From assembly GCA_900549655.1 (NCBI GenBank), contig UROZ01000001.1, positions 1-58,219 on the forward strand: DNA of 58,219 bases, read 5' to 3'. The notes beneath the pieces were generated by a model. It worked only from the letters and a program-made list of their open reading frames with translations, was not told the DNA's origin and made no database searches. How positions within the stretch are numbered: position 1 is the first letter of the stretch; the number at the start of each line of letters is the position of its first letter. The position numbers and the translations under genes were made by a program. This DNA is from an uncultured Collinsella sp. (lineage in GTDB: Bacteria; Actinomycetota; Coriobacteriia; Coriobacteriales; Coriobacteriaceae). Positions 48,768 to 58,219 of the stretch are shown in pieces.

Positions 48768-49232
48768 TCAGTTCCTCCTAATATTCGTTCGCCTTGTCGC
48801 TTCCTTATTGTTTGCCGCGATACCGAGATCAGCCTTCTGGGCACGCTCAGCATCGAAGGCCCTGATAAGCGCAGGCGCATACTCTTCCGCTAGCGATGCG
48901 GCCTGTAGCTTAAACATACGGGAGATGACCCCGGCATCCTGCTTCGCTTGCTTGCCTGCGAGCGCGATGGCGGCCTCGCAGATCTCATTGGTCGTCGGCT
49001 CCCTTCCACCGAACTCCGCGAGCTCATTTTTCACGGTATCCAGCGAGCCGCCGTCATTTCTGGCATAGGCGGCGATATAGGCCTGTTTGAGCGCCTCGAC
49101 CAGCCTCTCATCAGCCGCAATCCCGGTCTCGGTGCCACCGCCATCTCGATAGTAGGCCGTCGTGGCCCCCTCAATCGATTCGGCGAGACTTTTCCCTACG
49201 TTCATCCCGTCTCCGTTCTCATTCAACCTCAA
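48768..49232 (-). CDS. Hypothetical protein
   Basis: Alanine-rich helical ORF in an operon; start uncertain. Confidence 0.6.
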   Translation of the reverse strand: MRLNENGDGMNVGKSLAESIEGATTAYYRDGGGTETGIAADERLVEALKQAYIAAYARNDGGSLDTVKNELAEFGGREPTTNEICEAAIALAGKQAKQDAGVISRMFKLQAASLAEEYAPALIRAFDAERAQKADLGIAANNKEATRRTNIRRN

Positions 49233-49288
49233 TCGGATCCATAGCGTCCAAGCGGCTAGTGCCTTTGGAGGCCGATTGTGGCTATCGT

Positions 49289-52200
49289 TTAAAATCCATG
49301 ACCGCTCGTGTGGGGATGTGCGCCCCCATCGTGTCCCCCGACACTGACGGGAGACTCCGCAATGGCGGGGTCGCCTTCGTCCTGGTCACCATCTACGCCT
49401 GACTCGTCATGGCCTTTTTCCAGCTCCTTCTGCTCCAGCTCGGCAAGCTCGCCCTGCAGCTTCTCGAGATTCTCCTCACCGTCCCAGGGCTCGACAACGA
49501 TTCTCCTGGCATCCTCAAGCTGCTTGTCGGAGCGCTCCATAAGGGCCCTTGCCTGGTCTAGACCGCCCGCTTCTTTCTCGATAATGCCGTCCATCTGCTG
49601 CAGCACGGTGTGTGAACCGGAAGTGGCCGATGGCAGCATATGATTCGACCAGTGCGCGTCGGCTGTGCCCTTGGCCCTCAGGCCGATGAAAGGGTCGTAA
49701 CGGAAGGTGCCGTCTCGCTCGAGCAGCGTCTGCTCCTTCTTCACGACAATCTCAAGACCGCGAAACTCTCCAATTGCCCTGACGGGGCCGATGGGACAAT
49801 CTCCGGCAGCCGCTTGAATCATGCCGATCGCACTAGCTCGATCTAGCGCCGACACGCCTCCGACCGAGACCCTTACGATATCTGCGCCCTTGTCGAGCTC
49901 CCTTTGCCTGTTCGCGCGCTCGAGGACATCGTGGTCGCATTCGAGCAGCTCGAATCGCCGGCGGTTGCACGCGGCCGAAGGCTCATAATGAGATTCAATC
50001 TGGTGGCGCATGTTTGCCACCATCTCGGAATGAGACTGCTTGAGCATGGACTGGGCCATAATCTCGCTTCTCAGCTCCTGGATCCTCTTGATATCGGGGT
50101 TACCGGACGCCACGGCGGCAAGGTCGGAGTAGGTGATTCTCGTCTCATCGATGTCATCCATGCTGCGCACGGACGGCTTATTCGAGAAGACCTGCCCGAT
50201 GAAGCGCTGCTTGTGCTCGACGGTGGAGTAGAGGAAGGAATCGAAAGTTCCCTGGGCGACGTACTTGAAGTCCCTCACGCTCTCGAAAAGGTTTCCCTGG
50301 CGCCTGATTCGACCAAGGCGCTGCTCGAAATCGGAAGGCCTCCATGGGCAATCAAGGTTATGGATGGCCGCGAGCCTCGTCTGGACGTTTGTACCCGTGC
50401 CCAGCTTCTCAGTCGAACCCATGAGGACGCGCACCTCGCCCGAACGGACCCTCTCGAAGAGCGTTTCCTTCTTCTCCGGGTCGTTGCCGGCGTCGCTGAC
50501 GCACGCAACCTGCTCGGAGGGGATTCCCGCCTCAATGAGGCGTCTCCTCATATCGTCTTGGATATTCCATTTCCCCGAGGCCGGGGTCGAACGGTCGCAA
50601 AAGACGAGCTGCGCGCCGCGCATGTCGGCCGTCTCCTCCCAGATTTTAAATACCTCGCGTGCGCATACCTCGCATTTGCCACCCTCCATCGGCTCAAACT
50701 CGGGGTGCATCAGCTTCGGGTCGAGTGCGACTTTCATGCCGTCGCCCGTGATCGCAAGCAGGTTATCGTTGCCGTCTGCATTTCCGGCACGGACGCGCTC
50801 ACCGCGGATTCCGAGCTTTTTGACTTCCTCGAGCTGCTCAGGCGTGGCGGGCACGGTGATATGGATCTCCTCGCAATCGGGGACCTTGAGGTTCACGGTC
50901 TCCTGCGTGACGATGTCCGCAAAGGTTCGGTAGGCGCTCATGAGCTCGGGGAGGTTATGGAACTTCGTGAAGCGCTGTTTCAGCTGGAAGCCGTTGCCCT
51001 CGGGCTTGATCTCCATCGAGTCCTCTATCGTGCCGAACGTGAACGCCCAGGCCGGGAACGATGAAAGGCCCTGCCGTTCGAGGAGCTCGGGGGCGAGATA
51101 GCGCTGCATGTTGTACAGCTCGCCCATCGTGTTGGTGACAGGCGTGCCCGTGGCGAACACGATGTTGCGTCCATGGCCGATCTCGCGAAGGTAGGTGCAC
51201 TTTTCAAGCAGGCTCTCACTTCGGTTGGACTTCGAGGAAGTCATTCCCGCAATTGCGAGGCCATACGTAGGGAGATTCTTATAGTTGTGCGCCTCGTCCA
51301 CAAACAGATAGTCGAAGCCGATCTCTTCGAACGAAAGCCCTTCGGTCTTCGGAGAGGAATGGAGCTTCGAGAGCTTATCGTTGATTTTCTTGACTTCCTC
51401 CTCGAGCTTTTTAACCGAGAAGGTTCCACCGTTTTCTAGCGCATCTTCTTTGGCCTGCAGGAATTCCGCCCTTCGGCGTTTGAGATAGACCTCCTTTCGC
51501 TCCTGCGAAAGGTCGAGCATGTCGAAGCGCGAACTCGACACGATCACGGCGTCCCAGTCCCCGTTTGCCGCGCGGCCGAAGAACTCCCTCGCCGCATCCG
51601 CGGAATCCGACTCGGATTTACCCATATACAGCACCCTCGACCCTGGATAGAGGTAGGCAAAATCCGATGCCCACTGTTCGGTCAGGTGCTTCGGCACGAC
51701 GACAAGCGGCTTGTTGGCCCGACCGAGACGTCTGGCCTCCATGCACATGGCGATACCCGTATAAGTTTTTCCGGCGCCGACGACATGGGCCACAAGCGTG
51801 CCCTCATCTGCCTGCCCAGCTCGCGCGACGGCGGCACGCTGATGCGGCCTCATCTCCACGTCGGGATTCATACCGGGAAAGGTGAGGTATGAGCCGTCAT
51901 ACGTCCTGGGCGCCAATCGGTTGTACCTATCGTTGTAGATTCTGCACAGAACATCTGCCCGATCCGGGTCTGCCCACACCCATTTCTCGAAAGCCGACGA
52001 AATCAAGCGCCTCCTGTCCCATGCGGCCTTAGTCCCCTGGGGGTCGGGAATCTTCTTGCCCGTGGACGGGTCGGTCTTGTTCAGCTTCGTCTCGCTGCCG
52101 TTGAGGACGGCCGAGATGACCTTGAGCGGCGAATAGCTGCTGATGCCGTATCTGGCCAGCACCTCGAGAGAAAGCTCGGTCGCGTTTCCCGTCAGGCGCC

Positions 52201-55200
52201 ATTTTCCGGTACGAGGCTCATGGGCAACCTCGAATTTCCTCTGCTTTGCCGCAGTCATCTCGCCATCGGTTAACTCGAGCTCCTCCTCGATGAAGCTCAT
52301 GACGAAGGAGGGGGGAATCCAGGGAGAGCCCAGGGTCGCCGCGATCTCTCCGGGACCCAGCTCACGTGGAAGCACGGCTTTCAGTTTCTCTTCGCAGGTG
52401 CGCAGCGCGGCGAGCCTCTCGACATCCGACTCGGTTAGGCCGAAGGCCGCCATATGTCGCTCGCGTCTAGCCCTGTATTCGGCAAGGTCATCTGGATTAA
52501 CAAGCTCTTCGTGGGGAATGGGCTGATCGACGTCGCCCATCCAGTCGACATGGGTAGTCCTCATCACGGCATCCTCACCCGCCTGGCGATAACCGAGCGA
52601 GATTAGGAATTCGGCCGGCACGGGGTCCGCCTTCATCGCAGCCGCCAAAACACTCGATAGGGGCTCCTGATCCGACTTCCGGGCAACAGGGATCCCATAC
52701 GCGCGCGCCAGGTTTTTGATCGGATAGGGGGTCTGATACGTGTTGTCGGCATCGGCACGTCCAAGCGCCACGGCAAGGACATCGGGCCCCACGTGCGGAT
52801 CGGTGGACAATCGCCAGAGAACCTCCTCCGTGTTCATCCCATCGGACGCGAAATCCCGTTTACTTGCCAGATATCCGAACGATCTCTCGACAAGCGCCGC
52901 GATGAGCGGGTTCGATATGGCCGCGTAGCCGTTCCTGCGCTCGGTAGAGACGCGTACCCCCTCATCGAGCTCTCCCAGGGCGGCAAATAACGCCTCCCCG
53001 GTCCACGTACTGAATGACCTGTCGCGCCAGCTGTCGGGGAGGCTGTTGACATGCGCCGAGGCGATAACGGCACGGTCGGCCGTCAGGGGATGGACGCAGG
53101 TGTCCCACAGGCCACTTTTCATGAGGACGGCAACGGCTCTCGCCACCTCCGCACTCGTCTCGGGAGTGCGGGCGGGGGGAATCGATACCGACTCGAGCCA
53201 GGAGCTTTCCCCGGCGTCGACCCGATCGCTCTCTATCTTCTTTTGCATCGAATGGATCGCATCGAGCTTCTCGCCGATATCACCGGAAAGATATGCCTCG
53301 GCGCTCTCGATCCTCGACGTGATCGGATCGCGGACGATGAGGTCGCCGAGTCTTTGCTCGGCTTCGTCGACACCGCAGCCGAGTAGTCGCCCGATGAGTG
53401 CCAAATCGACGCCGCCCGTGCGGTCATATGAGACGGCCAGGGCATCGGCAGGGGTCTCCGAACGGTCGGGGAGGGGTGCCTGGGGGCGCACGGTGCGCTT
53501 CGAGAGGATGTCGGCCTTGCGGACGAAGTTCTTCTTGGTGTCCAGTACCTCGAGACTGAAGAGGTTGATGCCGAGCGAGCAGTCGTGATAGCCCTTCATG
53601 GTGAGGACTCTGCGGTTCTTCGGATCATTCAGGCGTCCGTAACGCTCAGCGAAGCGGTCATAGCGGTCGCTGAGGGCCTTGATTCCAGATTCGATTGCGG
53701 CGTCGGTCGATTTGGGGTCGCGCTCGAGCGAGATAAGCGCTCGCGCGGCATCCCTGAGCTCAAGCATTGCGCGTGCACGGTCCTCTGCCTCGCGCCCCGC
53801 GAGCCGGAAGCGCTCCACCGTGTCGCCGTTGCCGTACCAGATCGACCCGCCATCGCCCAGCGTGAACTCATAGAGCGCCGGATTGGTGGGGACCTGCGCG
53901 ACCTCGGGAGCGGCAGACCTGCCGGGCATCCCCTCAAATGTATGAGAAATCGCACCGATGGCCTGATTTGCCAGGGACTTCCTAGCGCTATCGGCGATTC
54001 CTGCGGCGTCCAGACCACTTATCAATGCATATCCGGGGCCGTATGCGGTCATCTCCGAGCTCTGCTCGCCGACGGCCATGGACGGGTTGGAGGCAAGCAG
54101 AGCGTTCACGCGGAAGCCGTCCGCGTTCGTCTCCGTACGGACCCAGGCCGGCGCGTTGTCGTGCGTGATTTCCCGCGCCTCGGCGAGCTTTCTCAGGACA
54201 ACGAGGTCGCACAGCGCGCTCGTTCCCGCCTGGCTCTCGAAAGTCTCCTTGGGGAGCCGTGCCATGCCGACAAGATCGCACTCGCGGGCAAGACTTTCAC
54301 GTGTGGCCTCTCGGGCCTTGTCCATGGTATAGCGGCTCGTCAGCACAGCGACGATACCGCCGGGGCGCACGGCTGCCACGGCCCTCTTGATCATGTAGTC
54401 ATGAAGCGGCACTCCGTCGATTTTTATCGCGTCCGAGTAGGGGACGTTACCTATGGCGGCATCAAACGACCCCTCGGGGATCTCGCATTTGGCGATATCG
54501 GCGGCGACGATCTTATGGTCGGGGCAAAGCACGCGTGCGAGTCCCGCGCTCACGGGGTCAATTTCAACGCCGGTCACATGGACGTCCATGCCCTCAGGGA
54601 CGCAGCGCATGAAGTTGCCCGTTCCGCAGCCCGGCTCCAGAATCTCGGCCCTGCCCTCGTCACAGATACCGGCATCCCTCAACGTCTCCCAGATAAGTTC
54701 CACGACGGGGCGGGGGGTGTAGAAGGCGGTGAGGACAGTCGCGCGCTGATCGGCGAACTCATCTTCACTCAAAATCTCTTTCAGATCCCGTGATACCTCG
54801 ACCCAGCCACCGGTCGGGTTTTCGGCAAAGGCGTTCGCGGCACCGCCCCAACCGGAATAGGCTGAGATGGCGCGCGCCTCCTCGAGAGTGGCGTCTCGCG
54901 CCTCGTCCATGGTCGCCTTGAGGGCGCACAACGCCGCGACATTCAGCCTGGCGCGCTCCAGTGGCGAATGGCCGGACTGGATATCAGGGTTCAGGTATTC
55001 GGTGTTGTGGTGGGCGGCTAGAGTGTGAGCACCGTCTCGTTGAGGGCGATCTCCTCGGCCATCATCTGGGCGCTGTTCGCCTTGCGGATGTAGTCGTCGT
55101 ACCGGCACTCGGCCATCGCGATCTGCGCGAACTCCGGTGTCGCCCCGCAGCTCTCCATGCAGCTGTCCTGCAGCTCCGCGAGCCTCGTCAGGTAGTTGCG

Positions 55201-55555
55201 CTCCACCGCCTTGAGATACTCCTCCGTCTCGCCAGCCGCCTCCATCCTGGCCAGCTCCTCCGGAGCGTTCTGCTCCATGAAGGAATACCGGAGACCCCTC
55301 ACGCCCCTGTACGGGTTCTTCAGCACCGACATGCGCTTCCTCCTCGAAATCATCCTTGTGGGCGAACTCGTCGCCCCCCGCTTGGCTTACATAAGATTCC
55401 TGTTGCGCCCCGAAGTCAAGGGCCAACCTTTGCTGCGCTTCCACGTTATCGGTTTGTTCTTCGGCGGGCGCCACGTAAATCGCTGAATCATCCATCGCGA
55501 AAAGGGAGATTTGCCCCTCTGCCGCGACAAAGCGCCTCGACGCTCTCCTGGCCAT
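49289..55555 (-). CDS. N6-adenine methyltransferase/SNF2 helicase fusion (DarB-like)
   Basis: YSGWGG, AFYTP, EPGCGTG, GNVPY; HVVGAGKT, DEAH, ATGTP, GTNVQ, QRLGRIRRQGN. Confidence 0.92.
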   Translation of the reverse strand: MARRASRRFVAAEGQISLFAMDDSAIYVAPAEEQTDNVEAQQRLALDFGAQQESYVSQAGGDEFAHKDDFEEEAHVGAEEPVQGREGSPVFLHGAERSGGAGQDGGGWRDGGVSQGGGAQLPDEARGAAGQLHGELRGDTGVRADRDGRVPVRRLHPQGEQRPDDGRGDRPQRDGAHTLAAHHNTEYLNPDIQSGHSPLERARLNVAALCALKATMDEARDATLEEARAISAYSGWGGAANAFAENPTGGWVEVSRDLKEILSEDEFADQRATVLTAFYTPRPVVELIWETLRDAGICDEGRAEILEPGCGTGNFMRCVPEGMDVHVTGVEIDPVSAGLARVLCPDHKIVAADIAKCEIPEGSFDAAIGNVPYSDAIKIDGVPLHDYMIKRAVAAVRPGGIVAVLTSRYTMDKAREATRESLARECDLVGMARLPKETFESQAGTSALCDLVVLRKLAEAREITHDNAPAWVRTETNADGFRVNALLASNPSMAVGEQSSEMTAYGPGYALISGLDAAGIADSARKSLANQAIGAISHTFEGMPGRSAAPEVAQVPTNPALYEFTLGDGGSIWYGNGDTVERFRLAGREAEDRARAMLELRDAARALISLERDPKSTDAAIESGIKALSDRYDRFAERYGRLNDPKNRRVLTMKGYHDCSLGINLFSLEVLDTKKNFVRKADILSKRTVRPQAPLPDRSETPADALAVSYDRTGGVDLALIGRLLGCGVDEAEQRLGDLIVRDPITSRIESAEAYLSGDIGEKLDAIHSMQKKIESDRVDAGESSWLESVSIPPARTPETSAEVARAVAVLMKSGLWDTCVHPLTADRAVIASAHVNSLPDSWRDRSFSTWTGEALFAALGELDEGVRVSTERRNGYAAISNPLIAALVERSFGYLASKRDFASDGMNTEEVLWRLSTDPHVGPDVLAVALGRADADNTYQTPYPIKNLARAYGIPVARKSDQEPLSSVLAAAMKADPVPAEFLISLGYRQAGEDAVMRTTHVDWMGDVDQPIPHEELVNPDDLAEYRARRERHMAAFGLTESDVERLAALRTCEEKLKAVLPRELGPGEIAATLGSPWIPPSFVMSFIEEELELTDGEMTAAKQRKFEVAHEPRTGKWRLTGNATELSLEVLARYGISSYSPLKVISAVLNGSETKLNKTDPSTGKKIPDPQGTKAAWDRRRLISSAFEKWVWADPDRADVLCRIYNDRYNRLAPRTYDGSYLTFPGMNPDVEMRPHQRAAVARAGQADEGTLVAHVVGAGKTYTGIAMCMEARRLGRANKPLVVVPKHLTEQWASDFAYLYPGSRVLYMGKSESDSADAAREFFGRAANGDWDAVIVSSSRFDMLDLSQERKEVYLKRRRAEFLQAKEDALENGGTFSVKKLEEEVKKINDKLSKLHSSPKTEGLSFEEIGFDYLFVDEAHNYKNLPTYGLAIAGMTSSKSNRSESLLEKCTYLREIGHGRNIVFATGTPVTNTMGELYNMQRYLAPELLERQGLSSFPAWAFTFGTIEDSMEIKPEGNGFQLKQRFTKFHNLPELMSAYRTFADIVTQETVNLKVPDCEEIHITVPATPEQLEEVKKLGIRGERVRAGNADGNDNLLAITGDGMKVALDPKLMHPEFEPMEGGKCEVCAREVFKIWEETADMRGAQLVFCDRSTPASGKWNIQDDMRRRLIEAGIPSEQVACVSDAGNDPEKKETLFERVRSGEVRVLMGSTEKLGTGTNVQTRLAAIHNLDCPWRPSDFEQRLGRIRRQGNLFESVRDFKYVAQGTFDSFLYSTVEHKQRFIGQVFSNKPSVRSMDDIDETRITYSDLAAVASGNPDIKRIQELRSEIMAQSMLKQSHSEMVANMRHQIESHYEPSAACNRRRFELLECDHDVLERANRQRELDKGADIVRVSVGGVSALDRASAIGMIQAAAGDCPIGPVRAIGEFRGLEIVVKKEQTLLERDGTFRYDPFIGLRAKGTADAHWSNHMLPSATSGSHTVLQQMDGIIEKEAGGLDQARALMERSDKQLEDARRIVVEPWDGEENLEKLQGELAELEQKELEKGHDESGVDGDQDEGDPAIAESPVSVGGHDGGAHPHTSGHGF
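55018..55332 (-). CDS. TnpV-like protein nested in another frame of the helicase ORF
   Basis: RBS GAGGAGG plus ATG; LEAAGE-like ...YL..VE...GAT.E...YIRKANSAQMMAEEIALNE resembles the TnpV C-terminus. Confidence 0.7.
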   Translation of the reverse strand: MSVLKNPYRGVRGLRYSFMEQNAPEELARMEAAGETEEYLKAVERNYLTRLAELQDSCMESCGATPEFAQIAMAECRYDDYIRKANSAQMMAEEIALNETVLTL

Positions 55556-55559
55556 GGCG

Positions 55560-56321
55560 CTAAGCCCCCTTTCGAGAGTTATTGGAGGTTCGGCGCGCAC
55601 CGGCATCAAAGGAGGCGAGCATACTCTTTAGTCGCCTGGTCGTCATGGTTGCCGATTTGCCGCGCTCGGCCCGGTCACCCTGCGGGGGCCGCACTCTCGG
55701 CTTGCACTCGAAACCCGCCTTCTTGAGGGCGCGGTCGATTCTGCCCGTGGCACCTCTCACCTGGGCACAAACGCGCTCGATACGCGCGAGAAGCAGCTCG
55801 GTATCCTCCATCGGGACACGAACCTCCAGGCCGTCATCGATCCCGTAGCGGCGAAGCGTAACGTGGGAAGCCATCGGGTCCATGCCCTCAAGATCGACGT
55901 CTTCGGAGGCTATCGAGACCGCATCGAGCGCGACCGCATCCCCCTCGACGACGCTGATCGGTGCGGCGCCGGGGCACGAGGTGAGCCCTATATAAGCGGA
56001 GGCAGGGTAGACCGTCTCGGGAACGAGTTCGCAATCGAGAGTCAGCTCATCGTCTACTCGTCTGGCGAAGGGAACGAGAATCTCGAATCCGGCCGGATGC
56101 TCCTTTATCTTTCCGCCAAGCAAATCGGCGCGCTGCCTGCTGAGGACAGTCGATGTATCGGCCTCGGGATGGTCGAGCTTGAATGCCGCAAGAGCGAGAA
56201 TTCCCCTCGGGCCCAGTTCGGAGTGCTCGGCCATGGCGTCGAGAATCGTGTCCCAGCCATGCGGATGGCCCATAACCGCCGCGAGCATCTCGACAGGCGC
56301 TTCAATGTGGCTCTGTTGCAT
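55560..56321 (-). CDS. Hypothetical protein
   Basis: RBS GGGGAGG; directly upstream of the helicase. Confidence 0.7.
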   Translation of the reverse strand: MQQSHIEAPVEMLAAVMGHPHGWDTILDAMAEHSELGPRGILALAAFKLDHPEADTSTVLSRQRADLLGGKIKEHPAGFEILVPFARRVDDELTLDCELVPETVYPASAYIGLTSCPGAAPISVVEGDAVALDAVSIASEDVDLEGMDPMASHVTLRRYGIDDGLEVRVPMEDTELLLARIERVCAQVRGATGRIDRALKKAGFECKPRVRPPQGDRAERGKSATMTTRRLKSMLASFDAGARRTSNNSRKGA

Positions 56322-56424
56322 TAATTCCTCCCCGTCTCAGTCAACTACCCATCGATGATGGGGGAGTGCGCCCATGTCGCCCAGCGCGGGAACAAGTGTT
56401 CACCGCGGCAGGGCAGGTAAGCCT

Positions 56425-56754
56425 TCAGCCTGACGCCCTATCTGCGCCGGTATCCGTCGCCTTCGGAGCCGATGCTATCTCCGCGAGCCTCGTGAGTCCC
56501 GAGGCTATCTCGACCGCATCCGCGCCCAGCAGCCAGTCGGTAGGCACGCCGAACGTCCTTGAGAGGGCCTTGAGCGAGACGGCCGAGGGCAACCTGACGC
56601 CAGTTAGCCACAGGCCGATCGAGCGCGACGATTGCCCGATCATCCCCGCAAGCTCATCCTGGCCGATGCCCGTCACCCTCATGAGGGCGGCCAGGCGTCG
56701 GCGAAAGAGCAGCAGGGAAGGTTCGGTTGTGTACGGTCCGGGCGCGTTCTTCAT
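56425..56754 (-). CDS. XRE-family HTH regulator
   Basis: GIGQDELAGMIGQSSRSIGLWLTGVRLPS...FGVPTDWLLG. Confidence 0.85.
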   Translation of the reverse strand: MKNAPGPYTTEPSLLLFRRRLAALMRVTGIGQDELAGMIGQSSRSIGLWLTGVRLPSAVSLKALSRTFGVPTDWLLGADAVEIASGLTRLAEIASAPKATDTGADRASG

Positions 56755-56759
56755 CTCAA

Positions 56760-57278
56760 TCAGTATGTCCCGACGTTGAAGCCCTCGCCCTTGGTGTAAT
56801 CGACGGTCACGGGAATCTCCGTCTCGTTGGGGAAGTAGACGCGGATGACCCAGTAGGGGATGTCGGTGCCATCGGGACCCATTCCCTGATTGACATCGCT
56901 TGACTCGATAAGCGTCTTCTCGGGAACGCCGTATTCGGGGGTCAGGGACGTGAGGTACCTTGCGACCGCGTCTTGGAAACCAGTCTGGGTCATTCCCTCG
57001 GGCAGGCTATCGGGAACGGCCACGATCGATGGTTCGACCTGGATCGTCTCGTCCTGCCCATCCGTGGCGCCGCCTTCCGATTCATCATCCGAGCCGTAAC
57101 CATCGGCACCGACTTCACCGTCGGAGACAGCCGAGGATTCCACCGCCGGGCTGTCATCCGTCCTGCCTGTGGGCGGAAAGAGTGCGAACGCGACGTTGAT
57201 TGCGATGCAGACTATGATGATGCCGACGCAGGCGAGGATAATCCCCTTCGAATCCAGCTTCTTTCCCTTTTTGTACAT
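56760..57278 (-). CDS. Membrane-anchored protein
   Basis: Basic N-terminus, TM helix and acidic linker. Confidence 0.7.
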   Translation of the reverse strand: MYKKGKKLDSKGIILACVGIIIVCIAINVAFALFPPTGRTDDSPAVESSAVSDGEVGADGYGSDDESEGGATDGQDETIQVEPSIVAVPDSLPEGMTQTGFQDAVARYLTSLTPEYGVPEKTLIESSDVNQGMGPDGTDIPYWVIRVYFPNETEIPVTVDYTKGEGFNVGTY

Positions 57279-57303
57279 AGTGATCTGTCCTCTCCCTTGC
57301 TGG

Positions 57304-58218
57304 CTATTTGAGTTCGACTCCGCCTATCCAACCCCAGTAGACGCCTGAGCCCTTACCGTAGAAGGCAATGAACTCATCGAGCGTCTTGGTGGTGATCGTG
57401 CCTTCGTTGCTCATGACCTTGCCGTCACCGATGTAGATGCCGACATGGCCATAGAGAAGGCCCGGGCTGCCGGTGCCGGGATGGCTCGCATCGCCGACGA
57501 TCATGCCGACCTTGAGGTCCGCAGGATTGTTGCTGTGGCACCATGCCTTGACCATGTCGCAGGCGTTTCCACCGAAGGTGCCGACACCCGCCGCCTTGAA
57601 TACGTTTGTCACCCACGCGGCACACCAGTTCTGGCCAGGCGAGGGCGTGGACTTGCAGGCGTTGACGACGGCGAGCTGGCTTCCCGTGGCGCCCGCCAGC
57701 CCCTGTCCCGAGCCGCCGTGGGTACCGGATGTGATTGCGTTGTAGAAGTACTGCGCGCTGGTGTATCGCGATTCCCAGCCTGAGGGCTTGCCTCCCACCA
57801 TGGCGCAGCGTTCCCACCCCATGGCGTAGTTTTTCGTAGCGGCCTCGAGATCGGTTGAGTCCATGAAGGTTTGATAGGTGTATTTACCGTCGGCACTGGA
57901 AAATGTGCCCCACTCATCGTGGTCCGACCAGAACTCGAGCTGGACGTCGAGGTCGTACCAGTTCTTGCCCTTCTCCTTGGCGAATTGGGCCAGGCGAAGG
58001 CGGCGCCCTCCGTCCCATTGGCCTATACCGGTCGCCTTGTTATAGACAGAACCCCTCGCAATGATCTCGTCGTTTGTCTTCGGGCTCTTTCCGTCCAGCC
58101 AATAGGCATGCGAACCCATTGCCTGGTCAGCCATCGGATATATCTTATGATTTGAGGATCCAGCGGACTCGTGACTGTAGTTGCCCATGATGGCGGCCGC
58201 GTGGATGTCGTCACAACC
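57304..58218 (-). CDS. Cell-wall hydrolase: phage-tail-type lysozyme plus NlpC/P60-CHAP domain (5' end beyond the window); likely conjugative VirB1-like
   Basis: AAAIMGNYSHES, GIGQWDGGRR, WER; WCAAWV...GHVGIYIGDGK. Confidence 0.85.
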   Translation of the reverse strand, partial: GCDDIHAAAIMGNYSHESAGSSNHKIYPMADQAMGSHAYWLDGKSPKTNDEIIARGSVYNKATGIGQWDGGRRLRLAQFAKEKGKNWYDLDVQLEFWSDHDEWGTFSSADGKYTYQTFMDSTDLEAATKNYAMGWERCAMVGGKPSGWESRYTSAQYFYNAITSGTHGGSGQGLAGATGSQLAVVNACKSTPSPGQNWCAAWVTNVFKAAGVGTFGGNACDMVKAWCHSNNPADLKVGMIVGDASHPGTGSPGLLYGHVGIYIGDGKVMSNEGTITTKTLDEFIAFYGKGSGVYWGWIGGVELK

Positions 58219-58219
58219 G

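Noticed and set aside
56425..56754. XRE protein as the binder of the 7-copy box
   Set aside because: No supporting evidence; XRE proteins typically bind inverted repeats and no box is seen near this gene.

Overview
High-GC segment of what looks like a large conjugative plasmid or ICE from a Coriobacteriia (Collinsella-like) actinobacterium; the host assignment is inferred from an mIHF homologue and the gene content. It carries two Fic proteins, RelBE/DinJ-YafQ-type TA modules, a VaFE-repeat cell-wall adhesin, two paralogous Tat-exported lectin-like proteins, a Tad/Flp pilus locus, a SNF2-helicase/N6-methylase giant and a cell-wall hydrolase. A complete type II-A CRISPR-Cas locus (tracrRNA, cas9, cas1, cas2, csn2, about 29 repeats) sits between the flp pilin and the rest of the Tad genes. 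Main observations: (1) the Cas9 has lost both key HNH residues (H840-equivalent to R, N863-equivalent to S) while keeping the RuvC acidic/His residues, so it is a natural nickase or dead Cas9. (2) Its leader-proximal spacer matches 30/30 the DNA starting 1 nt after the predicted relaxase nick site in the oriT of a 6.65 kb MOBQ plasmid, which is co-integrated 16 kb away between two copies of a TA module. (3) A 20-bp motif TGTCACC-N3-TGGCACCAA occurs 7 times, always co-oriented with the downstream gene and exactly 28 bp before a -10-like hexamer, which suggests an activator-controlled pilus/adhesin regulon. All motif calls are by eye; no database searches were run.
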